Shown: piece by piece, positions 45,301 to 55,090 of the stretch
How positions within the stretch are numbered: position 1 is the stretch's first letter
Layout: the number at the start of each line of letters is the position of its first letter
Assembly (NCBI GenBank): GCA_001275005.1
Contig: JWZX01002709.1
Coordinates: 1 to 62,761, forward strand
Length of the DNA stretch: 62,761 nt
Reading direction: 5' to 3'
From: Chrysochromulina tobinii
Lineage: Eukaryota
Translations under genes and position numbers: made by a program
Notes under the pieces: model-generated
The model's input: the letters and a program-made list of their open reading frames with translations, nothing else
Told to the model about the DNA's origin: nothing
Database searches by the model: none

Positions 45301-47891
45301 ACGTTCCACGGGTTGCCGTCGTGCGCGGCGGGCTTCTTATCATAGTAGACGCGCACGCATCCGTTTTTGTTCGAGCAGCCGGCGCTCGTGTCGAAGAATC
45401 GGCCCTGCGCCGTCGTCCAGCCCACCACTGTGCCGTAGACGGGGCTGTCGCTCCCGTTTTCAACATCACCGATGTCGAGCACGCGCGTGCCGAGCTCGAG
45501 CCTCGCGTGGGGTGTCTCGCTCTCGAAGATGAAGCCCACGACCCCCAGACTCTGCTGACGACGCCATACAGCCATCTCCGCCGCTGGCGGCGCCAGGTCG
45601 GACACAGAGCTGAATGCCCCGGCGTCCATGATCTGATCCACTGCAGACGCACTTTGCCGCAGGTGGGAGGCCATTTCATCAACGAGTGTCGCATCGAGCG
45701 GCACGCCGGGCAGGTACTCTTCCATGTCCTTTTGCATGCTCATGAAATTGAGCGTGTCAGGGTGCTGATCGCCGAGTGTCGCACGGCAATGCTCGACGAC
45801 CAGCGGCAGCGCTTCGTCGAGCATGCCCTGGGTCGCCAGCAGGGATCCCAGATTGTGGATGGCGGTGAGCGTCTGAGGGTGCCGATCGCCGAGCGTCGCA
45901 CGCCTCGCCTCGAGCGCCTCGCGCAGCAGCGGCTCCGCCTCATCAAGCTTGCCCTGGTCCTGCAGCAGAGTCCCCAGATTGCCAATGGAGGCAAGCGTGT
46001 GAGGGTGCCGATCGCCGAGCGTCGCACGCATCGCCTCAAGCGCCTCGCGCACCAGCGGCTCCGCCTCGTCAAGCTTGCCCTGGTCCTGCAGCAGCGTCCC
46101 AAGATTGTTGATGGAGCCAAGCGTGTCAGGGTGCCGATCGCCGAGCGTCGCACGCCTCACCTCGAGCGCCTTGCGCTTCAGCGGCTCCGCCTCATCAAGC
46201 TTGCCCTGGGCCTGCAGCAGCGTCCCCAGATTGCCAATGGAGGCAAGCGTGTGAGGGTGCCGATCGCCGAGCGTCGCACGCCTCGCCTCGAGCGCCTCGC
46301 GGTACAGCACGCCCGCCTCGTCGAGCTTGCCCTGGTCCTGCAGCAGCATCCCCAGATTATTCATCGAGTCGAGGGTGCGCGGATGCCGATCGCCGAGCGT
46401 CGCACGCCTCGCCTCGAGCGCCTCGCGGAACAGCCCGCCCGCCTCGTCGAGCTTGCCCTGGTCGTTCAGCAGCAGCCCCAGCTGGTTCTGCAGCACCGAC
46501 GTCGCCCGCTCCTCGCGCGGCATGCGCGCCAGCGCCGCGCGGCCCTCGGCCGCGAGCCACTCGCGCAGCGACGCGCACACCGTCGCTGTCACCGCGCCGA
46601 TGCCGCCCTCGAGCTGCGCCACCTCGGCCAGGATGTAGTCGCGGTCCTCGATCATGGTGATCTGCGCGTCGGCCGCGTCGATGCCCGCCACGATGCCCGC
46701 AATCTCGTCAAAGCGCCTCGTCAGCAGCTCCTCGAAGCCGTCCACGTCCGCGGGCGCGAGCACCACGTGCAGCGTCGCGCCTTTGGCGAGCGCCTTGACG
46801 AGCTCGAACATGCACCACGCGCGCGTCATCGCGCCCGGCCCGCGGCGCAACCAACCGGCGGGCGGTGCGCCGCGCTCGGGCAGCAAAAAGGGCTGGTTGG
46901 GCGCGGGCCACTCGGCCGTGAGCGGCGAGCAGTACAGGAGGAGCTCGCCGATGGCCGCCATCGCATCGGCAAACACGTGGTCCGTATCCTCCTTGCGCGC
47001 CGTGTGCTCCTCGCTGCCCCGGGGGTAGCGGCCGGCATCAAACTCGCCCGCGAGCAGCGTCTGCGAGGCCGCAAAGATGTCGATCCACACGTAGCGCGTC
47101 ACGCCGTCGGCGGCCTCGAGCTCGGCCAGCCTGCGCTCGATGGCGTCGAGCATGTCGCCCAGCTTCGTGCCCTCCCACGAGTACGAGAAGAAGGTGGTCG
47201 CGAGGCCGATGAGCGCATCCACCACCTCGCCGCGCGCCTCGGCCGTGAGCGCGAGCGACTCGATGAGCGAGAGCCCCGTCGAGCGCGTGAGCGCGCACAC
47301 GCTCCACTCGAAGCCCTCCTGCTTGATCAGGTCGCCCATCAGCATGCCGAGCGCGCCGCGCGCGCGGTAGAAGCGCCGGATGGCGCGCAGCATCGCTCGG
47401 GTGATGCCGCGCCGGCCGCTCGGCAGGCGGCGCGCGTGCGGGCGCACCGGCACGTCGAGCGTGCCCTTGGGCACGCGCGCCGCTGTGATCGCCTTGCATC
47501 GGCGAGGGAATCGGCGGTGCTGCCAATCGATGTCGCCTGATCGCTGCGGATCGATGTCGAGGAAGCGTCGCCCGCGCCGCGCAAGCGTATCACCATGGAC
47601 TTGGGCATGGCGACGGGCTTGGGCATGGGCGCGGGCGTGGGCAAAGCCACGGGCTTGGGCGTGGGCGCGGGCGCGGGCGCGGGCGTGGGTGCGCCCGCGC
47701 GGCGGGCCAGGTATAACAGAGCTGTATCGTGTGCTGTGCGGGCACTCGATTTGAAGGAACGGGCGGCGGCGAGGGACGCTGCGGAGATGGATCTGGCGAT
47801 GAGCTTGGGGATCTGGGTGCACGAGATGATGAAGATATGCACCACGGAGGTAACCACGAAGAGCCAGAGGCGAGGATTCGTGAGGATCCAA
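42300..47891 (-). CDS. Intronless giant modular protein: HET(TIR-like) + TPR repeats + possible SH3-like insert + ankyrin repeats + UIM + PARP catalytic domain
   Basis: HET FFSYSW, YVWIDIF, MTRAWCMFE (~47200-46560); 42-aa LGDRHPxTL TPRs; >10 ankyrin repeats (~44990-43480); UIM EDAQLAAAIAASL; PARP LLHGT / GVYLAE / YREF. The ORF N-terminus above ~47495 is probably the wrong frame. Confidence 0.92.
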   Translation of the reverse strand: MDPHESSPLALRGYLRGAYLHHLVHPDPQAHRQIHLRSVPRRRPFLQIECPHSTRYSSVIPGPPRGRTHARARARAHAQARGFAHARAHAQARRHAQVHGDTLARRGRRFLDIDPQRSGDIDWQHRRFPRRCKAITAARVPKGTLDVPVRPHARRLPSGRRGITRAMLRAIRRFYRARGALGMLMGDLIKQEGFEWSVCALTRSTGLSLIESLALTAEARGEVVDALIGLATTFFSYSWEGTKLGDMLDAIERRLAELEAADGVTRYVWIDIFAASQTLLAGEFDAGRYPRGSEEHTARKEDTDHVFADAMAAIGELLLYCSPLTAEWPAPNQPFLLPERGAPPAGWLRRGPGAMTRAWCMFELVKALAKGATLHVVLAPADVDGFEELLTRRFDEIAGIVAGIDAADAQITMIEDRDYILAEVAQLEGGIGAVTATVCASLREWLAAEGRAALARMPREERATSVLQNQLGLLLNDQGKLDEAGGLFREALEARRATLGDRHPRTLDSMNNLGMLLQDQGKLDEAGVLYREALEARRATLGDRHPHTLASIGNLGTLLQAQGKLDEAEPLKRKALEVRRATLGDRHPDTLGSINNLGTLLQDQGKLDEAEPLVREALEAMRATLGDRHPHTLASIGNLGTLLQDQGKLDEAEPLLREALEARRATLGDRHPQTLTAIHNLGSLLATQGMLDEALPLVVEHCRATLGDQHPDTLNFMSMQKDMEEYLPGVPLDATLVDEMASHLRQSASAVDQIMDAGAFSSVSDLAPPAAEMAVWRRQQSLGVVGFIFESETPHARLELGTRVLDIGDVENGSDSPVYGTVVGWTTAQGRFFDTSAGCSNKNGCVRVYYDKKPAAHDGNPWNVMAAGRLLFLDAAAPDPPHDTLTRPRPPEAKGDYDGVTGSRTGGGRSRNQKEHMRAQKASMLQMLQLARMAHEAASGIWNLDARWLEIVTGDLNDIFMAAAKSVTRLEALLNSPECNPNVRDASGASPLWHACRAGSLECTRLLLDRGADVQIQPRGELSPLGVAARNGFVVCVQLLLEHRASLEAVDEERYTPLFAAVRGAHSSCVEALINARANLECKTEPLECTPLGWLCCVEPNLNLPILQLLLRGRANVDTHQFSSFARSMTPLAFAVLGDRTDAIKWLLANGANVHLTDADGDPPTLLACIADHSECCRLLLGAKADGNYTRDDGTTLLNAAAHGGSFECVQILLEHGAAQTINKMDRIGTHPMHWACQDAYPKILELLCKAKADVEKKNGKGGSPLMLALGYEEDQKDVKLECVRILIEHKVDVNAIDPRDGESPLGFVSKKGSIEAAALLLKAGATATIGRMDHRGAHPMSWAAQEANPPLLKLLIEAKGNVEQPNGKGGTPLMLATCDPSPRNVECLRMLLKAKADPNQLDHDGDPVLIRTMIRGDEAQSAALLEAGARANATDHHGIRLVQRFGALAQPKMLRLLIQHGADVSGVLDLVQVGFSSGMVKKPAQDQNEVLQLLRDAPSVRARFLEEQRVKEQAERSQQESEALQEVEDAQLAAAIAASLTISGPVPPPPPPSLAAPAVGSLRGQPAAENKARLALEQDGFALQALRPETDARLLRSLEALLQTEYPEWLGKGKDVSKKYGPYDSLKLACAWKVDHPRNLDKYTTGVKRVQQELELLERKGKNVSFVPGLPVKTDRVRGLTPSEACNEVILLHGTNPDRLFHLLSTGLNERYSGTGAGTAFGDGVYLAEDVGKTDQYVSADSAYDPSSDLHKRLYGRTFRHPGDVFYVLVVRAALGYPVRTQQPGQTATSMDNGALIFPVNFRELSAVPGVTPPICHHSLIAELGQVIDRYREFVLFHSEYVHIDYVIAYHRCNGGQKLPTT
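45760..46500 (-). repeat. Near-identical 126-bp TPR-coding tandem repeats
   Basis: GCCGATCGCCGAGCGTCGCACG recurs at 126-bp spacing (45881-46385), with degenerate flanking units. Confidence 0.95.
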
Positions 47892-48331
47892 TGCAGAACT
47901 ATGAGGATAGAGAGCGCGCCGTCCTTGTCGCGGTTGAACGCATTGAAGGCCATCAGCTCCTCGATGAATCTAATGGCCGGATCGATGAAATACCAGCAGA
48001 CGGTGGCACGCGGTTTCGCGCACGGGCTTTGCTTCAGGGCCCCCATCATGCCACCGAGGGAGCAGCTGTGAGAGACAAGCACCCTCGCCGTCTCGCGCGT
48101 CCACTGGGTGCCATGGGCGGTGAGCTCGGCGGGGAAAGCGCCGCCGCCGCTCACGGTGGCTGCTGCCGCAGCAAGCGACGAGTTGTCGCGCTGCGGGGCT
48201 GAAAAACGGGCCCGAGTCGCATCATGGTCGGCTGTGCCGATCAATGGGGTCGAGTCACTGCCTAGGTTCGAGTGTACTGAATCGAGTCGAGTGGTGACCG
48301 TGAAGATCGCGAGGAGAGAGCGGAACGCCAT
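47495..48331 (-). CDS. Probable N-terminal segment of the HET-TPR-ANK-PARP gene in a shifted frame (hydrophobic segments, Pro/Ala linker)
   Basis: Frame MAFRSLLAIF...LWLFVVTSVVHIFIIS...PAPAPTPKP...IRLRGAG...SLADA reads as protein up to 47495, where the downstream frame begins to read as protein (KAITAARV). Confidence 0.5.
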
Positions 48332-48419
48332 TTTTTTCGCGACGGTGCTTCGCGACGGCGTGAGAAGGACCACGAGTTTTCGAACTTTGACCCTCTCCCA
48401 AATTAAACGGGCCGGTATC

Positions 48420-51400
48420 CTAATTTGGTACGCGCTCGTACACGCACAGCTCGGCGAGCGGATGGACCGCCCTTACCGGTATCCGGAGCACACAGCGCCA
48501 GCCGCGCGCGCCGTCCAGAGCGTTGGCACTCGGGTCGGTGGAGCAGTCGGGCGCCGTGTCGGGCGCAACGTCGGACGGCGCCGTACCGGGCGCGAGGTCG
48601 GGCGCCGTATCGAGCGCGGGGTCGGGCGCCGTGCCGGGCGCGCTCACGGGCTCGCCGACGATGCAGCAGAGCGGCGCCTGCGGGTGCCGCGGCGATGGTG
48701 ACGGGCTGATGGGAGCGGTAATCAAGTGGTTCGGGGCTGATGGGAGCGGTACTCAAGTAGTTCGGGGCTGATGAGAGCGGTAATCAAGTGGTCGGGGTGG
48801 AAAGATCGTAGTAAATCGGGCCTCAGGGAGGCTCATGGGGTGGGTAATGAGGGGGGGCTCAGGGGGGGGCTCACCTGCGGGTATGCGCCCAGGTACGCGC
48901 GCCAGGGCGCATTCCGCCCCCAAAAGAAGCAGATCGCACTCTGTGAGGGCTGTGGGATGTTGAAGAGGGCGTCTGGCCGCACGCGCGTCACCTGTGGAAT
49001 GTGGAAGAGGGCTGTGGGATGTGGAAGAGGGCTGTGGAAGAGGGCTGTGGAATGTGGAAGAGGGCTGTGGAATGTGGAATGTGGAAGAGGGCTGTGGAAG
49101 AGGGCTGTGGAATGTGGAAGAGGGCTGTGGATTGTGGAATGTGGAAGAGGGCTGTGGAATGTGGAAGAGGGCTGTGGATTGTGGAATGTGGAAGAGGGCT
49201 GTGGAATGGGGCTGTGGAATAGGGCGTCTGGGCGCACGCGCGGCGTCGTGGTGAGCACTTGCATGCGCGTCACCGAGGAGCAGAAGCGAGGCAGCGAGGC
49301 GTACACCTCCGGGTCGGAGATCACGTCGAGATCGATTGCATGCACGCGCAGCCCGCGCGCCTGCAGCATGGCCTCGAGCGCGCCGTCGCCGCACCTGCCC
49401 ACGGGGGAGAAGCGCCGTGGTGAGCACTTGCATGCGCGCCTGCAGCATGGCCTCGAGCGCGCCGTCGCCGCACCTGCCCACGGGGGAGAAGCGCCGTGGT
49501 GAGCACTTGCTTGCGCGCCTGCAGCATGGCCTCGAGCGCGCCGTCGCCGCATCCTATGCGGACGACCGCGCGGTGACGTGCGGTTGGGCGCCGGGTGAGC
49601 ACTTGCATGCGCATCCTATGCGGACGACCTCGAGGTGGCGTGCGGAGGGGAGGGGGCGCCGTGGTGAGCACTTGCATGCGCACCCGATGCTGACGACCTC
49701 GAGGTGCCGTGCGAGCAAGACGTTAGCGAGCACGTCGGCTTGTGTGGGCGTTGGCCATGCGCACGTACCTAAAGGGGGTGGAGGGGGGGGGGCGCGCGCC
49801 GTGGTGGGCACTTGCATGCGCGCCGAGCCGGCGATGCGCACGTACCGCCTGAGGGCCACGTGGCGGCAGTTTCGTCAAGCGCTCGGTGGGGCTGCTGTGG
49901 GAAGATGCGGCCGTTGGACAGCGACGGTTGCGGCGGCGGTTGCGGCGGTTGCGGCGGCAGCGGAGGCGATGGCGGTTGCGGAGGCGGTGGCAGCGACGGC
50001 GATAGCGGCAGCGGAGGCGATGGCAACGCTGGTGGCGACGCAGGCCAGAGCTCAACACGGCGCTCTGACGTGTCCCGTATCTCGTGGTCCGAGATCGGCC
50101 ATGGCTCAAACGGACGTGCCCAGAACGGCGCGTCCACGGGCGGCATCGCGCGCTCGTCGAATGCATGCACGCTCGTGCTGCTGAACGCGTACCTAATGAG
50201 GGAGGCAATCAGGCAGGCCATCAGTGGCAATCAGAGGCCATCAGAGGGGCTCGCGCACCTGATGAGGGAGGCAATCAGACGTCATCAGAGGGGCTCGCGT
50301 ACTCGTAATTGGACGGCTCATCAAGCCACGGATCGCAATCAGACGTCATCAGAGGGGCTCGCGCACCTGATGAGGGAGGCAATCAGACGTCATCAGAGGG
50401 GCTCGCGTACTCGTAATTGGATGGCTCATCAAGCCACGGATCGCACGGCCGCTCCCGCACGAACGATCCGCTCAACACGGCGCGCGCCACGTGGCACCAC
50501 CCGGTCGCGCCGTATTGAGCGCGCTCGGTGTGGAAGGGCGGCGCGCTCACGAGCGCTTCGAACGAGTTTCCTGATGAGGGAGGTTATGAGGGAGGTTCAT
50601 CAGGGAGGTCATCAGGGAGCTCATCAGGGAGCTCATCAGGGAGGTCATCACGAGCGCTTCGAACGAGTTCCCTGCCACGACGACGCGTCGCAGGAGTACT
50701 CAGAAGGTACTCATCCTAGGCAATCAGAGGCAATCAGAGGCAGTCAGAGGCACTCCGAGGCATACCAATGACGACCACGCGCGACAGCTGATGAGCTCCC
50801 CAATTAGCGGCGAGGAGATTCGCGTACAGCTGGCGCGTGCAGTGCGGCAGGTAGCAGAGGCAGCGGCGACCCTCGACTCGCACGCGCCCCTCGTCATTGT
50901 GTGCGGGCACGCTCCCGCCACGGCGGCGCACGCAGCGCACTTCCGCCTCCACCATCACTGGATCGTAGACCATCAACGGAAGCGGCTCGTCAGATGCCGA
51001 TGCATGCGCGGAGCCGTTGGCGGAGCTGTCGAAGGCCGCCGATGCATGCGCGGAGCCGTTGGCGGAGCTGTCGAATGCATGCGCGGAGCCGTTGGCGGAG
51101 CTGTCGAAGGCCGCCCGCTGCCTGAGCTCGTCACGGAGCAGCAGCATGAGGGCAAATTGATAGCGCGCGGCGCGGCTACTCGCAAAGTGGCCGACGCCGA
51201 GGCAGAGCAACGAGTCGATCGCCGGCGCCCCGACGGAGACGGAGCGCACGTACGCGATCAGCTGCTGGGCGAATGCGGCTGCGCGCAATTCGGCGACGGC
51301 CGCGTCGAGGCGCTGGTCTAGGATCTCATCGTCGGCCGCCGATGAGTCGCCGCTTGGAGCCGCACGAGCGTTCCCTATTAGGTTTGCACGAGCGCCATTC

Positions 51401-51597
51401 GCAGTCACGAGACCTTCCTCTCGTGGCGGCCGCGTGGGTGGACCGCGGCCGCGGCGCTTGGACACGATGGTGAATCCACCTGCGCGCATGCGGTCCTCGT
51501 GCGAGCCGGCCATCGCTCGCTCGGGCGGGTCTTCATCATGCTCGTGCTCGTGCTCGTCGTCGTCGGGGGTGGTCGCGACCTGAGTGGCTCGCGGCAT
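48420..51597 (-). CDS. SRR1-domain protein apparently continuing into a SAM-methyltransferase-like domain, multi-exon
   Basis: SRR1: LCLGVGHF, ARYQFAL, VYDPV, YLPHC, LYANLLAANW, VVIG/NSF, YAFSSTSVHAF; then Pro linker and WPTPT...IGCGDGALE...VHAIDL...CFFWGR. Confidence 0.72.
48945..49220. repeat. GTGGAAGAGGGCT / GTGGAAT compound tandem repeat filling an intron
   Basis: Directly visible; the unit resembles the adjacent exon sequence. Confidence 0.9.
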
Positions 51598-51959
51598 TTC
51601 ACAAGGAAGGCCTGCTCAACACCAAACACAGAAGACAACGAAAGGTTCACACAGGCACGAGGCATGAGAGTCACACCAATCTTGCGTTCTGAAACACACG
51701 TGCTCATGATCATCATGGACCCTCCGATAGGACTCTTCAGACTCTGGCGCCGCCGTCCGCTGCCCTAAATGCATGTGTGAAGAGAGGTCTACTTTGGGCG
51801 CGCGATCCTCATGCGCCGTAGAGCCTCCATGTCTATCCCCATAGCGAGTCTCCTTCTCCATAGCGGAGTTGCTCCTCGCCCTCGACGTGGCCATCTCAGG
51901 GCCATCTCTCGGAGCTATCTCGCGATCTCGGAGCTATCTCGCGATCTCGGAGCTATCTC

Positions 51960-53014
51960 TCAGTTCGTCTCCTTCGCCATCGCTTTGGCGTCCTTCCCCT
52001 TGAGATTGCCCTTGCTGATGACCCTCACGATCTTGTACCCCCAGAAGAGCTGCAGGCCGGTCAGCACGATGGACGCGAACGCCAACCACGAGAACGCCCC
52101 AGCTGACACGCGCACGTCGCCCGACACGTACACGGCGTACAGGTCGGGCCAGAGCCTCATGATCATCAGCAGCGGGAAACAGACGCAGCGGACGAAGAGG
52201 AAGGAGAGCGCGAAGACGATGCGGCAGACCTCGTTGATCGCATTGTGCAGCGGGTCCTTGAGCAGCGACGGGAGCCCGCGGTACAGGTCCACGGCCACCA
52301 ACGGCACTGACGAAACCAAGAGGGCCTCGCATGAGTGGCAATCAGCGGTCATCAGTGGTCATCACCTGACGAAACCAAGAGGGCCTCGCAATCAGAGGTC
52401 ATCAGAGGTCATCAGTGGTCATCACCTGACGAAACCTCGACGACGGCGAAGAAGAACACGGAGTAGTACGTGCACCACGGGCCGCCGTTGGCCGCGGCGA
52501 CGAGCGCCGTAGCGAGCGCGAAGCTGTGGTGCAGCAGGTGCTCTGTCTTGCACACCTCCTTCTCGAGCGCCGTCACCGTCAGGTCATAGAGCTGGAAGCC
52601 TGCCATGAAGCGCGTCAGGTGCCACCCGATCGTCACGACGTTGTACAGCCGCTCGCTCGCGTTGGCGTGTGCGAGCTCCTGCATCTCAGCGTCAGAACAG
52701 AAGGCCACCAGACCATGGAATGCGGCGTACGTGAACGGGACGAGGATCACGAGCTGGTGCGCGACCAGCCCGGGCATCATCGCACACTTTGCCAGCGTAG
52801 ACGTCTCAGGTCGATGATGGCGAAAGCTGGTGAGAACGGCTCGTATCAAGACGTGCGCCGCGAGCAAGCCGAAGGCCCATTGGTACACCACCGGATCCTC
52901 CAGCACGCCAAGGCCGGTGGGCCCGATTGGCGGCGTCAGAGGCGGCGACGGCACCTTCTTTCCGAAATGCATCTTCGTTGCGATCTTGTCGGGCCAACAT
53001 GAAAGATTCTCCAT
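51960..53014 (-). CDS. TLC (TRAM/LAG1/CLN8) domain membrane protein, intron 52307-52425
   Basis: FMAGFQLYDL, HLLHHSF, FFFAVVEVSS/VPL, FALSFLFVR, GLQLFWGYKI. Confidence 0.88.
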
Positions 53015-53161
53015 TTTCACAATTGAGTTCACGAACGGTTCTGGCTCGTTCTCGCCGGCCCCTTCGAACACAACCCGGGCATGCAAGTCTACACGACTTT
53101 TCGAGGAAACTTGATGTAAGGGGCAGGTCCCAGCCCCTTGCTTGATGCGAGTCACCGAGAC

Positions 53162-55090
53162 ATGCGCTTCTTCGCACTTTCGGCGACGTTGGGCGCCTGT
53201 GCGCTGCTGCTCTTGAACAGCTACGGATCGGGGATCAGGATCCCTGACGGCCTCGGCAGCCCGGTCGCATGGCCAGCTGCCGTGGAGGCTCTCTCGGGGG
53301 CAGCACGCAGCAGCAGCAGCATCAGCACTGACGACATTGATCGCGGCCCTGCTCGACAACCCTCGACAGCCCTGCTCGATGCGCTGTCGCTCGAGCGATG
53401 CGACCAGCTCTTCGTAGACGGCGGCAGCAATTTGGGCGAGGCCGTCGACGCCTTCCTCGCTGGCACCTTTTTCACGTGCGCGACGACGGGCCCGGATCGG
53501 ATCTACCGCACCGACTGGCGGTCGCTGAGCAAGCCGCAGCGACAGGCGCGCATGGCGGCGCTCGCGTCTCCCCGAGGGTTCTGCATCCGGTCGTTTGAGC
53601 CCGCTCCCGCGCTGCTTCCGCCGCTCCGCTTGCGCGAAGCCACCCTACGAGCACTGGGCATCGACGTGCGATTCGTGCACGGCGCCCTGGTGGACGCGAC
53701 GACGACGGCCAGTGCCAGTGCCAGCGAGCGACGCGAGGTGGTGACTTACAGCGGCCATCCGCAAGGCGAATCGTTGACGAGCCTGTTCCGCTTCAACGAC
53801 ATCCACTTGGCCCCTGGTGGTCTCGTCAAGCCGCAGCAGCTCTCTGCGCGCATGGTCGACGTGCCCACGTAGGATGATGACACTGAGTGCCTCTCTCATC
53901 AAGCCGCAGCAGCTCTCTGATTGCCTCTCTCATCAAGCCGCAGCAGCTCTCTGCGCGATTGGTCGACGTGCCCACGTAGGATGATGACACTGAGTGCCTC
54001 TCTGATTGCCTCTCTGAGTGCCTCTCTGATTGCCTCTGTGCGCGAATGGTCGACGTGCCCACGTGCACTGATGTTCTCTGATGGCCTCTGATGGCCTCTG
54101 ATGACCTCTGATAACCTCTGATGGCCTCTGATGGCCTCTCTCATCAGGTACGATCTCGTCGAGGTCCTCGAGCGCATGCGCCGGCACAACGCGAGCGCCG
54201 TCGTGGCGGTGCGCTTGGACGTCGAGATGATGAACGCTGATGACCTCTGATGACCTCTGATGATGAGCGCTGATGATGAGCGATGATAAGCGCTGATGAG
54301 CTCTGATGACCTCATTCATCAGGTGCGCTTAGACGTCGAGGGAGCCGAATACGCGATGCTCGAGGCGTTGACGCGCCGTCCCGAGCTCCTCTGTTTCGTC
54401 AGCTTCGTCTTCGTCGAGTTCCACCACAGCGCCACGCCTGAGCAGCGCGCTCGGCTGACGCGCTATCGCCTCGACGAGCAGGTATGTGTGCCGCGGATGA
54501 CCTCTGATGACCACTGATGACCGCTGATGGCCTCTCTGATTGCCTCTGACCTCTCTAATTGCCTCTCTCATCAGGTCTTCGAGCGGCTCAAGGAGCGAGT
54601 GCATGCGGTGATGAAGCGACCGGGCTGCCGGTTACAGCTCTGATGGCGTGCTGATGGCATCTGATTGCCTCCCTCATCAGGTAATGGAGCGGCCGGGCTG
54701 CCCGCTACAGCTCTGATGGCGTGCTGATGGCATCTGATTGCCTCCCTCATCAGGTGATGGAGCGGCCGGGCTGCCCGCTACAGCTCTGATGGCGTGCTGA
54801 TGGCATCTGATTGCCTCCCTCATCAGGTGATGGAGCGGCCGGGCTGCCCGCTACAGCTCTGATGGCGTGCTGATGGCATCTGATTGCCTTCCCTCAGGTA
54901 ATGGAGCGGCCGGGCTGCCCGCTACAGCTCTGATGGCGTGCTGATGGCATCTGATTGCCTCCCTCATCAGGTGATGGAGCGGCCGGGCTGTCGGTTACAG
55001 CTCTACTGGCGCTCGTTTTGGGCATCGTGTGGCGACCAGCAGCGCTTCGAGTGGCGCGACTCCGAGCAGGCCACCCGACCAGCGCCGTGA
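53162..55090 (+). CDS. FkbM-like methyltransferase with signal peptide, multi-exon
   Basis: LFVDGGSNLGE, IRSFEP, VRLDVEGAEYAML, FVEFHH; last exon VMERPGCRLQLYWRSFWASCGD...*. Confidence 0.78.
54608..54970 (+). repeat. ~73-bp tandem array forming an intron (exon-start copy + stop + CCCTCATCAG acceptor), 5 units
   Basis: Unit GTGATGGAGCGGCCGGGCTGCCCGCTACAGCTCTGATGGCGTGCTGATGGCATCTGATTGCCTCCCTCATCAG. Confidence 0.92.

Noticed and set aside
45500..47500. NACHT/NB-ARC domain between HET and TPR
   Set aside because: No Walker A/B motif and no room; HET joins TPR directly, so this is not a canonical NLR.
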